Of a stretch of DNA of 64,000 bases, positions 62,180 through 64,000 are shown one piece after another. Source of the DNA: Pristiophorus japonicus. Taxonomy: Eukaryota. Below the pieces are notes generated by a model. That model saw only the letters and a list, made by a program, of their open reading frames with translations. It searched no databases and had not been told where the DNA came from. Positions within the stretch are counted from its first letter, which is position 1; each line of letters begins with the position of its first letter. The translations under genes and the position numbers were made by a program. The stretch spans positions 23,312,001-23,376,000 of the forward strand of contig NC_091999.1 of the NCBI RefSeq assembly GCF_044704955.1, given 5' to 3'.

Positions 62180-64000
62180 AAACATAGAAACATAGAAACA
62201 TAGAAAATAGGTGCAGGAGTAGGCCATTCGGCCCTTCTAGCCTGCACCGCCATTCAATGAGTTCATGGCTGAACATTCAACCTCAGTACCCCATTTCTGC
62301 TTTCTCGCCATACCCCTTGATCCCCCTAGTAGTAAGGACCTCATCTAACTCCTTTTTGAATATATTTAGTGAATTGGCCTCAACAACTTTCTGTGGGTAG
62401 AGAATTCCACAGGTTCACCACTCTCTGGGTGAAGAGGTTCCTCCGCATCTCGGTCCTAAATGGCTTACCCCTTATCCTTAGACTGTGACCTCTGGTTCTG
62501 GACTTCCCCAACATTGGGAACATTCTTCCTGCATCTAAACTGTCTAACCCCGTCAGAATTTTAAATGTTTCTATGAGGTCCCCTCTCATTCTTCTGAACT
62601 CCAGTGAATACAAGCCCAGTTGATCCAATCTTTCTTGATAGGTCAGTCCCGACATCCCGGTAATCAGTCTGGTGACCCTTCGCTGCACTCCCTCAATAGC
62701 AAGAATGTCCTTCCTCAGGTTAGGAGACCAAAACTGTACACAATACTCCAGGTGTGGCCTCAACAATGCCCTGTACAACTGTAGCAACACCTCCCTGCCC
62801 CTGTACTCAAATCCCCTTGCTATGAAGGCCAACATTCCATTTGCTTTCTTAACCGCCTGCTGAACCTGCATGCCAACCTTCAATGACTGATGTATCATGA
62901 CACCCAGGTCTCTTTGCACCTCCCCTTTTCCTAATCTGTCACCATTCAGATAATAGTCTGTCTCTCTGTTTTTACCACCAAAGTGGATAACCTCACATTT
63001 ATCCACATTATACTTCATCTGCCATGCATTTGCCCACTCACCTAACCTATCCAAGTCGCTCTGCAGCCTCACAGCATCCTCCTCGCAGCTCACACTGGCA
63101 CCCAACTGAGTGTCATCCGCAAATTTGGAGATACTACATTTAATCCCCTCATCTAAATCATTAATGTACAGTGTAAACAGCTGGGGCCCCAGCACAGAAC
63201 CTTGAGGTACCCCACTAGTCACTGCCTGCCATTCTGAAAAGTACCCATTTACTCCTACACTTTGCTTCCTGTTTGACAACCAGTTCTCAATCCATGTCAG
63301 TACACTACCCCCAATCCCATGTGCTCTAACTTTGCACATCAATCTCTTGTGTGGGACCTTGTCGAACGCCTTCTGAAAGTCCAAATATACGACATCAACT
63401 GGTTCTCCCTTATCCACTCTACTGGAAACATCCTCAAAAAATTCCAAAAGATTTGTCAAGCATGATTTCCCTTTCACAAATCCATGCTGACTTGGACCTA
63501 TCATGTCACCTCTTTCCAAATGCACTGCTATGACATCCTTAATAATTGATTCCATCATTTTACCCACTACCGATGTCAGGCTGACCGCTCTATAATTCCA
63601 TGTTTTCTCTCTCCCTCCTTTTTTAAAAAGTGGGGTTACATTGGCTACCCTCCACTCCATCGGAACTGATCCAGAGTCAATGGAATGTTGGAAAATGACT
63701 GTCAACGCATCCACTATTTCCAAGGCCACCTCCTTAAGTACTCTGGATGCTGTCCATCAGGTCCTGGGGATTTATCGGCCTTCAATCCCATCAATTTCCC
63801 CAACACAATTTCGCGGCTAATAAGGATTTCCCTCAGTTCCTCCTCCTTAATAGACGCCCCGACCCCTTTTATAACCGGAAGATTGTTCGTGTCCTCCTTC
63901 GTGAATACCGAACCAAAGTACTTGTTCAATTGGTCCGCCATTTCTTTGTTCCCCGTTATGACTTCCCCTGATTCTGACTGCAGGGGACCTACGTTTGTCT
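62180..64000 (-). mobile_element. Young CR1 LINE with a largely open RT, running off the window
   Basis: 449-aa ORF 62380..63729 (YLDFQKAFD, PQGSVLGP, FADD); frameshifts near 62396 and 63740; (CATAGAAA)n tail. Confidence 0.96.

Noticed and set aside
62380-63729. 449-aa reverse transcriptase as a domesticated host gene or novel RT system
   Set aside because: It is an ordinary CR1 ORF2 with frameshifts at both ends and a CR1 tail, and it has a near-identical truncated sibling at 556-1364.

Overview
Cartilaginous-fish (shark-like) genomic DNA with no complete protein-coding gene I can support. Both ends carry tandem tDNA arrays whose unit holds tRNA-Ser, tRNA-Asp(GTC), tRNA-Leu(TAA) and a captured DeuSINE/SacSINE1 remnant, all on the minus strand. 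The left array is young (~1.97 kb period, 1-8118). The right array is older and decayed (~2.3-3.4 kb period, 40538-59008). Between them are three decayed non-KRAB C2H2 zinc-finger paralogs around a CpG-island promoter, 54-bp and 34-bp minisatellites, a solo LTR, a decayed ERV with a tRNA-Ser primer-binding site, and many CR1 LINE fragments (esterase ORF1, APE-RT ORF2, (TTTCTATG)n or (TTCTTATG)n tails). Right of the old array is a 5'-truncated IgM heavy-chain remnant: a broken Cmu1 and an open Cmu2 exon. The most unusual observations are two tRNA-Ser genes whose anticodon has become AGG (Pro), the orphan IgM constant exons next to tDNA, and a ZNF-associated 54-bp array with a consensus splice donor in most units. 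Family names come from recalled consensus sequences, not searches. Boundaries of old elements are approximate.
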